The translations under genes were made by a program, and so were the position numbers. A stretch of 64,000 nt of DNA from Octopus sinensis. Taxonomy: Eukaryota. Location: the NCBI RefSeq assembly GCF_006345805.1, contig NW_021833011.1, positions 27,017 to 91,016 on the forward strand. Direction: 5' to 3'. The notes below the pieces were generated by a model that searched no databases, was not told where the DNA came from, and was given only the letters and a program-made list of their open reading frames with translations. Shown here in pieces: positions 1-11,689 of the stretch; positions within the stretch are counted from its first letter, which is position 1; each line of letters begins with the position of its first letter.

Positions 1-359
1 GGCAAAATGTGGAACCTCAAGACTAAAACAATACCTGTTGACATAGGTGTCCTAGAAATGATAGCAAAAGGGGCTGATTCCTACCTAGCTCTGATATCAG
101 GAAACCCCAAATAGCAGAAATTCAGATGATAGTGCCTATGGGAACAGCCCATATCCTACATAAGGTACTGTCTATGTAATCTCAAATGTTAAAACACTCA
201 TAATTTTCTTATGTTTTCTTAAACATTCTCTAGAAGAATACTTTGTGCAAAACCAAATATGTGACACACTAAGCATAATACTTCAAACTTGTTGTCTCTC
301 GAAATCTCTGGGTGAGACTTGGAGTCAACTTGTACAAATACAAAGTAAAAGTCAAACAT
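1..359 (+). mobile_element. Dong/R4-clade (RLE-type) non-LTR retrotransposon, 3' end and 3' UTR
   Basis: Translates as KMWNLKTKTIPV.IGVLEMIAKG...AHILHKVLSM*, matching the C-terminus of ORF 16069..16455; same 3' UTR as ~16560-16637; ends at (TAA)n 360-402. Confidence 0.85.
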
Positions 360-544
360 ATAATAATAATAATAATAATATAATAATAATATAATAATAA
401 TATAAATCGCTACATAGATAAGACATAAAAATATCTATAAACATCTCAAAGTTTTAGTAAACATAGAAAGTAATAGAAAAGGTGTACAGATTTTTGGGGG
501 AGAGCTGTTAAATTGCCATCCTGTCGTATTTCGTAAATTTATAT

Positions 545-795
545 ATCTTAGTTATGCTAGGTCCTCTCAAAATTTAGATTTCTATACATAAATTCGTCCA
601 TACGCTAGAATTTTGGCTAGCTTAACTGCCTGCTACCCCTTCGTCTCCTCTCTCGCGCCTTTACCTTTCCACAGATCATAACCCAACTTTGTTTTCTGTA
701 GTATTTCAATCAAGAGAATATCAGTGGGGGGGACACTGTTCTCCTGGAAGATTCTTCTCCTGATTTTCACCTCTTCGATGATGATAAAGATGTAG
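545..795 (-). mobile_element. Inverted RT segment of a Dong/R4 LINE
   Basis: Minus ORF 633..860 contains IRRRIFQENSVPP (degenerate RGIFQGDSLSP) followed by a MDD-like motif; abuts the + strand element. Confidence 0.6.
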
Positions 796-2059
796 TTCAG
801 ACTATCAAAATGTGCTGCGATGGCGATGAGACGAGGAAGGCTTGCCAGAACAGAAGGCATATGGCTACCAAGTGGTGAAACGATGAACGCAGTTCAACCA
901 CCTCACCAACTATAAATACCCGAGAATACTTGATGCGGATGGACTCAAATACCACGACATGAAGGAAAAGACAAAAAGAGAGTACATGCAGAGAGTGAGA
1001 AACTATTGGCCTCAAAACTGCACACCAGAAACAAAAACTTCGGCAATAAACACATAGTCACAGTATTTCGGTATGGCGCTGGAATCCTGAAGTGGACACA
1101 GGATGAGCTAAAGGAGATGGACAGGAAGTCAAGAAAGCTCCTGACGATTTATGAAGCCCATCATCAATGTGCAGACATTGATCGTCTATACATGAAGAGA
1201 GTAAATGGAGGAAGAGGACTGATAGTTATGGAAGACTGCGTGCGTATCAAACTTGAGCGCTTAATGAGATATTAAGCCCAAAGTAAGGAAACCTTCATAG
1301 CGACAGTTAGGAACGAGTGAGTATTGATAGCAGTGAGAAAAGGGAAAACAAAGGAAGAAGTACCAAAAGGGACATGAGGAAGAATTACGCAAGAAGGGAC
1401 TACACAATCAATTCCATGTAGCCACAACAGAAGTTGCTGGGAAAAGTAGGTGGGATGGGTTGATGAAAGGAACCCTAAAAAAAGAGACCGGCAGCACAAG
1501 ACCAAGCTTTGGCCACGAACTGAAGGGTCAACCTAGGAATGAGCAAGTGTCTCTTTTGTGCCGAATCTGCAACAGAGAAGGAATGCTTAAGATTTGCCCA
1601 CAAACCACTAGAAGTCGTGGCGATACTACCAGGTAGTGAAAGTGCTACATTGAAAAGTGGGGGCTAGAGAGAGGAAAGACGTGGTATGAGAACAAACCGC
1701 AGGGAGTGGCGGAGACGGAGACTAACAAAATCCTTTGGGATTTCCCAATCCAAACAGATCAGGTACTACTGCATAATAGACCGGACTTACAGTAGTGGAC
1801 AAGATGCACCACGTATGCTCTACAGTTGAAGTTGCATGCCCACGAATAGTCAATAAGGAAGGTGAAAAGATAGATAGACAGATAGATAGATAATAGATAG
1901 ATAGATGATGGATGGATGGATGGATGGATGGATGGATGGATGGATGGATGGATGGATGAGATAGATAGATAGATAGATAGATAGATATAGATATAGATAG
2001 ATAGATGGAGATAATAGATAGAGATGGATAGATAGATAGATAGATATGATAGATAGATA

Positions 2060-2136
<77 letters not shown>

Positions 2137-2420
2137 CAATCATCTCTTGTAATATAATGCCAGGCTTTGGAAAATGGTGAAGACGATAGTGCCAATTATT
2201 GTTGGTTCCTTGGGAACAGTATCAGAAGGCATTAAGAGGAAAAATAGGAAATTGGTATAGAGTGTCCAGTAAACTGTTACAAAACGTTGGCCTCCTTGGC
2301 ATGACCAGAATAATCAGGAAAATTATTAGCTGAAATGAACGAATAGCATGGTAGCGTAGGTTGGGTAATAAGGCCGCTACGCATGCAAGACTCCACAAAA
2401 CCTGTGACAATGAGCAAATA
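796..2420 (+). mobile_element. Degenerate Dong/R4 LINE (RT thumb, zinc knuckle, RLE, 3' UTR)
   Basis: FRLSKCA; ORF 1006..1275 DRKSRKLLT..HHQCADIDRLYMKRVNGGRGL; ILWDFPIQTD..HNRPD; IVPIIVGSLG. Confidence 0.85.
1869..2136. repeat. Compound (GATA)n/(GGAT)n microsatellite inside the LINE RLE coding region
   Basis: Directly visible; source of spurious IYLS-rich ORFs 1722..2195. Confidence 0.97.
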
Positions 2421-2904
2421 AAATGATAATACCAATGGGAGCAAACAAATTTGTAGCCTTAATTCCTGGAATCCTAAAGTAAGTGAATCACAAATGACCA
2501 TACACATAGTGACCTCATATATATTACGTAAATTCCTCTCAATGTTATTGCAGTAGTATTCATTCGGCTTGTATTATGAAATTTTAAAAGAAATTTTTTA
2601 GATATATTTATTTATAACACACGGACATCAATTTGTTTACAACTGCAAATTCGGCTTTAGGTGAGGTTATATTTTCACATAATTATGTCAGCAAATATTA
2701 CACGATTTACTAGAAATAATTATGCGATTATCAGAAATAGCAATATCAGTCAACACTTTAATCATTTTAATTACATCAGCAATCATGGGAATGCATCAAT
2801 TAGGAAATTACGAAAACTGGAACTTATATAGGATACAAGATAAAAATTTGGGTAAATGGATACAAAGTATTTCTAAATACAGAAAATTAATAATAATCCT
2901 TTCA

Positions 2905-3080
2905 ACTGGAAGCACAAGGCTCAAATTAGTACCAGTGCATAACTGCTACTAATTTTATCATGCCCGAAAGGATGAAAGGCAAAGTCAACCTCGGTGGAAT
3001 GTGAACTCAGAACGTAACAGTAGATGAAAAACACTAAGCATTTGGTCCGGCGTGCTAACGATTCTGCTAGCTCGCCGCCT
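2905..3080 (-). mobile_element. tRNA-derived SINE (Meta-domain-like core)
   Basis: Reverse strand shows A-box-like and B-box-like (GAGTTCACA) motifs followed by a CCTTTCATCCTTTCGGG core; homologous to 4520-5100. Confidence 0.75.
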
Positions 3081-3377
3081 TAATAATACAAGTAATTATT
3101 AATAATGATATAATAATAATAATATATTAGTTAACGATAAGCATCCTTGTCCCCAAAACATTCTGTTTCCTGCTTCATTTCACATTCTGATTCCTGCTTC
3201 TCACATATACACAAGTCAGTGTCCAATGTAACTTTTCATCTTATAAAGCTTATGTCAATCCCGGCTCAACTGCGCTGATTGTTACATTTTATAAATCTAC
3301 TAATCTGAATGTTTCAAGGTAAAATTACCTTTTCGCACTATCCATTGCTTTCACCCTCCGCTTCTTAGCACCCTGTC

Positions 3378-3391
3378 TGTCTGTCTGTCTG

Positions 3392-3481
<90 letters not shown>

Positions 3482-3482
3482 T
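3378..3482. repeat. (CTGT)n(CT)n(TA)n microsatellite
   Basis: Directly visible. Confidence 0.95.
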
Positions 3483-3489
3483 AATTTTG

Positions 3490-3622
3490 AAAAAAATCAC
3501 CTTTTATCAATTCAAAATCAACAATTAAATTACACCATCTAATTACATATATGTAATTTTTCTAGATGATGTAATTTAATTGTTAATTTTTTAATAAATT
3601 TGAATTGATAAAAGGTGTTTTG
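3490..3622. repeat. AT-rich fold-back (palindromic) repeat, MITE-like
   Basis: CACCTTTTATCAATTCAAA...AACAATTAAATTACACCATCTA mirrored on the right; central palindrome ATTACATATATGTAAT; single-arm copy at ~47320-47385. Confidence 0.75.
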
Positions 3623-3744
3623 TTTTCTAATTTTTTATATATATATATTATATTTTGTGAAATTTGATTTAGTATTTTCAAATTGAGTTTTTCCTGTAAG
3701 TTAGGTAGGAATATTCCCTCAAATATTATTATTATTATTATTAT

Positions 3745-3782
<38 letters not shown>

Positions 3783-3880
3783 AAGGTATTGTTATTCGCT
3801 TGAAGCATTGTATATTGTTTGTAAAATATAATGTGACTTGAATGGCACAACAATGCACTAAACTAACAATGTTACAATTT

Positions 3881-4010
3881 ATCATCCATAGTCTGATATA
3901 ATATTTGGAATATCAAAATTCCTAGGGATTAGCAGTGACTCATGAATTCCTAGGGATAACTGAAGAAGGAATTTCTATATTCCGAAATATTATATCAGAC
4001 TATGGATGAT
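3881..4010. mobile_element. 130-bp MITE-like element with ~42-bp terminal inverted repeats
   Basis: ATCATCCATAGTCTGATATAATATTT..GGAATAT..AAATTCC at 3881 and its reverse complement ending at 4010. Confidence 0.75.
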
Positions 4011-4067
4011 TTAATTATAGCAGTTATTATAGTCCATTGTTGTTATTATGGTGTTGTGCCATTCAAG

Positions 4068-4068
<1 letters not shown>

Positions 4069-4100
<32 letters not shown>

Positions 4101-4230
4101 ATATATTATATATATATATGTGTGTATGTATGTATGTATGTGTGTATGTATGTATGTATATATATATATGTGTGTGTGTATGTATGTGTGTGTATATGTA
4201 TATATATATATATGCATGTATGTATGTATA
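4069..4230. repeat. (CA)n/(TA)n/(TATG)n microsatellite
   Basis: Directly visible. Confidence 0.95.
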
Positions 4231-4519
4231 TAAAGGAATACAAAAAAAGGGACAAGGACGCAAAACATCCAGACAGATGATACGAAAAAGAGACAAGAAT
4301 AAAAGGACGGGTCATCTCAAGTGACATACCATGCATAAGAAAATACCATAATTAATAATTAAGAATGCTACAAGTATCACCAGCACGCTAGAAATGGCAG
4401 TCAGAAGACAACTATAACCACAAAACAATTATTTCGTTATTGGGACAGGGACTCATTGCCCCGTTTTCAATTAATATGTGTCAGAGAAATTTTTTGGTTG
4501 TAGTCGTATTGCTCTTAGC

Positions 4520-5100
4520 ACTCTTAATTATTCTTTTCTACTCTAGGCACAAAGACCGAAATTTTGGGGGAGGCAGCCAGTGGATTAGAATAACCCCACC
4601 ATGCAACTGGTACTTAATTTATAGACCCTGAAAGGATGAAAGGTGAAGTCGACTTCGGCGGAATTTGAACTCAGAACATAGCGGCAGACAAAATACCTAT
4701 TTCTTTATTACCCACTAGGGACTAAACATAGAGGAGACAAACAAGGAAAGACAAACGGATTAAGTCGATTATATCGACCCCAGTGCGTAACTAGTACTTA
4801 TTTTAATCGACCCCGAGAGGATGGAAGGCAAAGTCGACCTCAGCGGAATTTGAACTCAGAACGTAACGGCAGACGAAATACCTATTTTTTTACAACCCAC
4901 AAGGGGCTAAACACAATGAGGACAAATGGATTAAGTCAATTATATTGACCCCAGAGAGTAAGTGGTACTTATTTAATCGACCCCGAAAGGACGGAAGGCA
5001 AAGTTGACCTCGGCGGAATTTGAACTCAGAAACGTAACGGCAGACGAAATACCGCTAAGCATTTCGCCCGGCGTGCAAACGTTTCTGCCAGCTCGCAGCC
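4520..5100 (-). mobile_element. Tandem array of ~3 partial tRNA-derived SINE units
   Basis: Three copies of GAAAGG..AAAGTCGAC.TCGGCGGAATTTGAACTCAGAAC..GGCAGAC.AAATACC about 180 bp apart; only the last keeps the full tRNA-like head. Confidence 0.8.
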
Positions 5101-5429
5101 TAAGCACCCTAAATTATGTATATGTGTGTGTGCGCGCACCATTCATTTTTGATATTATTTACACCTGACATTGAATTTTGTCAACATTTAATCATTTAAA
5201 CATCGTTCTCTACTTCGTAATTTTAAACCCTGTTAAAATCGCTTTGTTTTCTATACATTTGTATCATTGATAAACAAAATATTGCTGAAACTAGTTTGGA
5301 ATAAATAAATAAATTTATTTAAAAACAATTACAAGTTTTTCAAATTCTGGTGCGTTTTCACAAACATCTTCTCCTCTATTTCTTCCTGCAAGAAATACAC
5401 CTCTTCTTTCCATATGTATAAATATATAT

Positions 5430-5930
5430 CATCATCATCATCATCATTTAGCGTCCGCTTTCCATGCTAGCATGGGTTGGACGGGTCAACTGGGGTCTGT
5501 GAAGCTGGAAGGCTTCGTCAGGCCCAGTCAGATCTGGCAGTGTTTCTACGGCTGGATGCCCTTCCTAACGCCAACCACTCCGCGAGTGTAGTGGGTGTTT
5601 TTTACGTGCCACCTGCACAGGTGCCAGACAGAGCTGGCAAACGGCCATGAACGGATGGTGCTTTTACGTGTCACTGGCACGGGGCCAGGCGATGCTGGCA
5701 ACGGACGCGAACGGATGGTGCTTTTACGTGCCACCGACACAGGGCCAGACAGAGCTGGCAAACGGCCATGAACGGACGGTGCTTTTACGTGTCACCGGCA
5801 CGGGGGCCAGCCGAGGCTGGCAACGAACACGAACAGATGGTGCTTTTACGTGCCACCGACACGGTTGCCAGACAGAGCTGGCAAACGGCCACGAACGGAC
5901 GGTGCTTTTACGTGTCACCGGCACGGGGCC
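5430..5930 (-). mobile_element. RTE/BovB-family 3' UTR with ~60-bp VNTR and (GAT)n tail
   Basis: Reverse complement of the 3' UTR that follows the RTE ORF at 29640-30175. Confidence 0.85.
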
Positions 5931-6330
5931 ATATATATATATTTATATAAAGCTGAAGTTGTCTGTGTGTGGCAGGTTTGGTAGCCTTCAACTAACACTA
6001 TCTCCTCCAAGACCCTGCGGCGCAAGTTGACCAATATTGAGAGTATGATAGAAGAAGGCTTGCTCTACCTTCCGTAGAAGATAAAATTCAAATCGGACCA
6101 TGTTAACACCAAAAATTATTTACATCAAAAAGGTGCTTTTTTTTCTATGAAAATACCTATTTTTTTACGTCTTTTTGACTGCTTTGTCGCCATTTGTCGG
6201 TGTATTTCAACCAGAAAAATGTTCACTTAAAGAGAATAACAAGCTACATCATGGAAAAATTTTTACTTTTCAAAAATTCCAATTCTAAAGGGTCGAAACA
6301 AACCTGAGCAACGCCGGGCGATACTAATAG
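5931..6330 (+). mobile_element. Non-autonomous Helitron-like element
   Basis: 5' ATATA..TATATAAAGCTGAAGTTGTCTGTGTG; 3' hairpin CCTGAGCAACGCCGGG followed by degenerate CTAG|T (ATAG|T). Confidence 0.55.
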
Positions 6331-6356
6331 TATATATATATATATATATATATGTA

Positions 6357-6695
6357 CTAGATGACCACATGCCGTCCATAATGATGGCTAATTGTAGTAT
6401 TTTATATACAAATAAGGTACAAAGTAAGGTACATAATAATCACACATACAAACTCCCTTTGTACACGCACACACACACACACACACACAGATGAACGCTA
6501 TTTTTTTCACCCCTTCCTTCCTTATTCAACTATCACTCCTTCCTTTCTTTCATTGCTATTACTTTCTCTCACTCCCTCTCAGTCAGAGTTCTTACTCTCA
6601 CCACTTCTTCACTGAATTACTATTTTCTCTCCTCTCCGCGTCCGACGTGATTCTGGACAAATATACAAAACACTACGCTCATTATTATATTAGGA
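6357..6695 (-). mobile_element. Non-autonomous Helitron-like element
   Basis: Minus strand reads A|TCCTAATATAATAATGAG...hairpin (CCGTC/GATGG)...CTAG|T, the canonical Helitron termini and AT target. Confidence 0.6.
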
Positions 6696-6727
<32 letters not shown>

Positions 6728-6734
6728 TTTACTT

Positions 6735-6950
6735 GTTTCAGTAAATATGACTAAGGCCATGCTGGAGCACCGCCTTTAGTCGAGCAATCAACCCCAGGAC
6801 TTATTCTTTGTAAGCCTAGTACTTATCCTATCTCTCTTTTGCCGAACCGTTAAGTTACAAGGACGTAACCACACCAGCATCGGTTGTCAACGATGTTGGG
6901 GGGGGATAAACACAGATACATAAACATTTACACACACACACATACACATA

Positions 6951-6999
<49 letters not shown>

Positions 7000-7140
7000 G
7001 ACGGGCTTCTTTCTGTTTCCGTCTACCAATCACTCAAGGCTTTGGTCGGCCCGAGGCTATAGTAGAAGACACTTGCCCAAGGTGCCACGAAGTGGGACTG
7101 AACCCAGAACCATGTGGTTGGGAAGCAAGCTTCTTAACAC
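6735..7140 (-). mobile_element. tRNA-derived CORE-type SINE with internal microsatellite
   Basis: Minus strand: B-box GGTTCAGTCCC, CORE-like GGCACCTTGGGCAAGTGTCTTCT, then (TA)n(TG)n and 3' segment. Confidence 0.75.
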
Positions 7141-7399
7141 ACACACACACACAGACACACACACATACTCACACGCACACACATATTTGCATATATGATA
7201 GTAGCCGACTCGATTTCAAGTAGAGCCATTTCCTGATTTATTTATGCCCTAGAATATCATCAATGAGCTGCACGAATGTGATCTTTGAGGCCTGCCAAAG
7301 ACTTGCATGTTTGTTAACAATTAGCGCAAGAAAACTTGGTAATTGTATAGTTTACATCTCCATGAACTTTACTGTGCCTCTTCAAGCCACTTTTCAATC

Positions 7400-8190
7400 T
7401 GCATACTTTATGACAGAGGATGCATTCGAAATCTTTTGTCCATCTATAATCAATGCGCGGTTGTGCCATGTGGGATTTCATGTGGCTCTTAACCCAGCCT
7501 TACTAAGACAACTCTTTCCACGTTCATCCCCATGTATGATGACCACGTCATCAATGTTTGTTAGAATATCATTCCTGTCACTTTGTTTCATTTTTCTTTG
7601 ATCTTGCCATGCTCCATTCTCTTTCTTTCAAATTCATTTTTGCCTTCATACGAAATTTTTTCCATTTTCTTGGCAATGCGCTAAATCTTCACAGTTGTCA
7701 ATTGGAACGTTTATCTTATTCAATCCTGACTTCAGACAATCTTTGTACCACATCTTTGGTTTGTGGGACGGCGCTTACCTGTCACCAATTCTCCGTAAAA
7801 AAGCTGTTTAGGCATTCTGTTGTTTGTCATTCTCGCTAGTGTTCACTCCATCTCATCTGTACTGCAATAGCAAAGCTTCAATACTGAAGCATTTCCCTCT
7901 TCAAGCCTCTTCATCGTCACTCACAAACATTTTCCAGCTGATCCTCAAAATCCTTCTCAGACATTGTTGATGAAAACGTTCCATAAGTTTTAAGTGCTTA
8001 CGATACCAGTCCAGGTTTCCCAAGCATTCAACAAAGAGGTTAAGATACATGTATTGTATACCTTAATCTTGTCGCATGTCTAGACCATAGGCGGTCTTCT
8101 AATTTGCCAAAAGCAAAACTGAATTTCTGAATGCGTAGTGACACTTCATCATCAAGATTCGCTGATGTGTTAATGTATATCATCATGTTT
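7400..8190 (-). mobile_element. Degenerate RTE/BovB-like LINE, post-RT region
   Basis: Minus translation NLDDEVSLRIQKFSFAFGKLEDRLWSRH...MRWSEH with stops and frameshifts. Confidence 0.7.
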
Positions 8191-8559
8191 TACCCCGTTC
8201 GTGACAGAGATAGGCTCCGACATAAATACACGTTATGTTATTTTTGCATTATCTCAAATGGAATACCCACAAATCTTATTGATTGAAATCCCAATAACTG
8301 AACTATTATTAATTTATATTATTATATATTTTTTATATTTCTATATAAATATATATTATAATCACGACGCCACTGCACGATATGGTGATGTTGAATACAC
8401 GGTATATATATTCTCCAGATTAAAATGCATATAATGTTTAAGAGTGTGTACCTGGTCAATTTGGAAATTCGTTTTCCCACATTATTCAAATATATACTTA
8501 CACCACACACATATATATATATATATAAATAGATCGTTAGCCACTGCACACATTTTTTT

Positions 8560-8700
8560 CTCTCCTTGTTTTTGTGTATCCTTTTCTGTAGAAGAGCGTA
8601 GGCTCGAAACATACAAATCTTTTTCTATTCCTAACCGTTATATTAATACATTTGTTTGTTTTGTACACCACCTGTCTTTGTTTTTTTGTTTTTTTTGCAA
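8560..8700 (+). mobile_element. Penelope-type terminal-repeat fragment with hammerhead-like motif
   Basis: CTGTAGA-A-GAGC(GTAG)GCTC-GAAAC at 8586-8610; homologous segments at ~21685 and ~34475, the latter downstream of a Penelope ORF. Confidence 0.5.
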
Positions 8701-8707
8701 ACTCTCC

Positions 8708-8749
<42 letters not shown>

Positions 8750-9357
8750 AAATAGATATGTATATGTATAACACACAGCAAGCAAAAAACCAACAAAACA
8801 CAACATACGAAAACTAGACGAAAACATAACAAATGGGAAACTGGACCAGATCAAGACACATGCAATAGTCGCAGCTGATTTCTCTTCCGTCAATGGCCGG
8901 CATGTCCTAACAGTTTCGCGCTTTTTAACATTGCTTTCGTCTAAAATTTTTATAACTATTTATTTATTTTATATTCATACATTTATATTTTCATTTCAAA
9001 TATCATATCACTTGATTCAGCAGTGATGTTAATTTTGCTCTTTTGATTAAAATTATATAATTCTTGAACTAGGAAACAACACATTCCATACAAGATCTGT
9101 CATTTCTTGTGCTCCAATAAATTAAATAATCAACAAACCTGGAAATGTTAAAGATAGATAATTAGGGGTGTGGAAAATGCAAAATACAACTAAAATATCC
9201 AGACATTATATTTATATTTAAAATTGAAAAAAAAAAAAAATTTACTTTCAGTTTTATAATGAATATTTTCTGTTTGAAATATCTATGGAGTAATGAACCT
9301 AAAATGAATCTTCATTGTTTTATGTATTCTATTTTCTTTTTATTACAGATAACGAAT

Positions 9358-11530
9358 ATGGCTGCCATGCAGACGACAATAACAGCAACCAGTTCTCTTA
9401 TTCTTTCAATCATTCTTATTATCACACTGACATCACTAAACATCGATGCGAAGGAACTCGACAATGCTTGTGAAATTAAAATCCCTCCCAATGTCAGTGA
9501 GATTTATCTCGTTTAGTAAAATTGGAAAAAAGGGTTTTCAATTTTGAATTCCATTTATCAAACAAGACACTGATGACCTTCTTAATCCTGTACCATTGGA
9601 TTATTTTGCAAACGCGAGACAATTTACCTGGATTCCAGACGAACCAGACGGTTTAATAGCATATAAAAATTTCTACTATGATTTTTCAATTTACTCTTTG
9701 AATTTGTTAGTGTCTATATTGCTTATCCAAGAATTAATATCGATATAAAATGTAGAAAACAAAATATTCACAGACGCGAATAATATATTTGATTTTCAAG
9801 GATTGAAGAAACTCGTATTTATCGATAAATTGCAAATGGGAAAATCAGGATACATGTGTTTTTTTGTAAATTTGTCTCAGAACATGAAGAAGAACAGCCC
9901 TCACGCATATGAAGCTTGCAGTAGAATTGGTATAAATCGGGAGATAGTGAAGAACTATTGCTGTAAACTCTATAAAACGAAAGTAATCTTTATCACCCCA
10001 AATCTATTTGTTTAGGAAATAATATTGAAAATAGTATGTTTGTCAATTATGAAATATTGTTGGAACAGTTTTGTGGATATTTTTCCCATTGCTTATTAGT
10101 TTTGTTTCAAAAAGCCAAATTACCTTCATATTACTATCGAAACACAATGCCATACGAATCAGAATGGATCAATGGAAAACATAGTATTTACAGTTTCTCT
10201 CATTTTCTGTCTTGCTTATTTTGTTTCCATTATTCTTCTTTCTTTGCCTCAAGACTAAGAAGATTCTTTTGCATTATGTTTTTTCTTTCAGTAATTCTCT
10301 GGATCTTTTGATGTATTACTTCTTTTATATGAAACAACAAAAATATTTATACAAGACCGCATACCATTAGGTTTTCGTGCCCTAATATTAGGAATTCCAG
10401 AAAGTTATGAAAAATACAGGTGGCTTCTCGGGGGTCCCTTTTTGTGGTTCATCGGCTACATATTTTTCAACTGTATTCTCTTCGTTCTTCCCAGTCGTTT
10501 AAGTGAGACTCTCGCATATTATACATTACATCAAAGATCCACTTGCACGTTTCTCATTCAAAATATCAGATTATTAGAGAAATATGGCAGCTTAAATATT
10601 CTACAGAACAGGATTATGATCTACTTTATGCAATAATGAAAGCTAATATTTCTACTGCTTTAAACCAAATTTCTGGCATTTAATAGTTTATACTGGATTA
10701 CCGTATAAGAAAATTTGGTTATATTACTACAACAGAAATATTTTCTGGAAATTCCTATTGCTTTGGTTTTTTATTGCGATCACAATTTTATTTGCTATAT
10801 TTTCTGTCTGTGAATTATTTCTGTGCCTCTGTTTATTACGGAATCCCAATTGTTTATTGGATTTTAACTTTACCATTAAGTTATTCCAAAGTTTATATTT
10901 CCCACTCTATCTGAGTCCCAATTATATTTTCAAGATAGTTGCTGTACCTTTAACATTTCTATCGTTGCCATTTATATATCATGGGCGATTTGTTCAATCT
11001 ACATATTTCTTGTAAGTTTTCAAATCTTAAGCAACTACATATTCACCATAGCTATCGTAGTACTTGCTAAACCCGATTGTGTAGGTTACATATGGTTTCT
11101 TGCCATGTTTTTCGTTATGGTTTGCAATTGTGAACGCCTTTCTAAAGCGGTATCAGTCAATAATATTTCAGTCTATAAAATTCACTAAAATGTTCCGTCC
11201 AAATTTAGTTCAGAAAAATACGGAGAGGAATTCATAAATGCTAAATTGCTCAAGACAATTGTTAGCCATCATTTTCCTTTGAGATACGAGATTGGTAAAT
11301 CCATTGTGAAACTGTTTCTAATCGTATCTTTCTTCTTTGCTTGCAACAATATAATATCGAAATGATCTGACTTATCAGTTTTCACAAAGATTACTTTGAT
11401 ATTGATGACTTCTTGATACCTAAATTATTGTCAATATTAATATTAAATTTGATTTTGCCATTTCTCTCTCAGACAACTTATTGATACAATTAATATATTC
11501 GAAGATGAGAATGCGCCACAGACCAGTGTG
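9358..11530 (+). pseudogene. Frameshifted single-exon gene for a signal-peptide, Cys-ectodomain, multi-pass membrane protein of unknown function (pseudogene or uncorrected indels)
   Basis: Acceptor TTTCTTTTTATTACAG at 9348, ATG at 9358, hydrophobic leader SSLILSIILIITLTSL; successive ORFs in different frames (9259, 9803, 10036, 10442, 10758) give coherent protein (FTWIPDEPDG..YDFSIYSLNLL, KNYCCK, SRLRRFF, LLGGPFL, YYGIP, FPLRYEIGKSIVKLFLIVSFF); AATAAA at 11553. Confidence 0.75.
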
Positions 11531-11689
11531 TTAATTTCTAATATTTGTGGTAAATAAAACTGTTAAACCTTTTTAGTAATTTGTTTGAATTATTTAATCA
11601 CATTGTATAATTTAATAATAGTGATCTGCATTAGTCTATACAAAAAACGGATATAAATACCTATAAAGAATCATACAGGCTCGGCCATA

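Noticed and set aside
1722-4336. Long ORFs rich in IYLS, YIYI or HTHT (also near 6884, 12157, 21191, 30139, 32474, 56442)
   Set aside because: They are translations of microsatellites lacking stop codons, not genes
5040-5100. tRNA gene (also ~7085-7140 and other SINE heads)
   Set aside because: A/B-box-like motifs are present, but they continue into SINE bodies and I could not fold a full cloverleaf
5640-5930. CRISPR-like regularly spaced repeats
   Set aside because: Whole ~60-bp units repeat with no unique spacers; they are part of the RTE 3' UTR in a eukaryotic context
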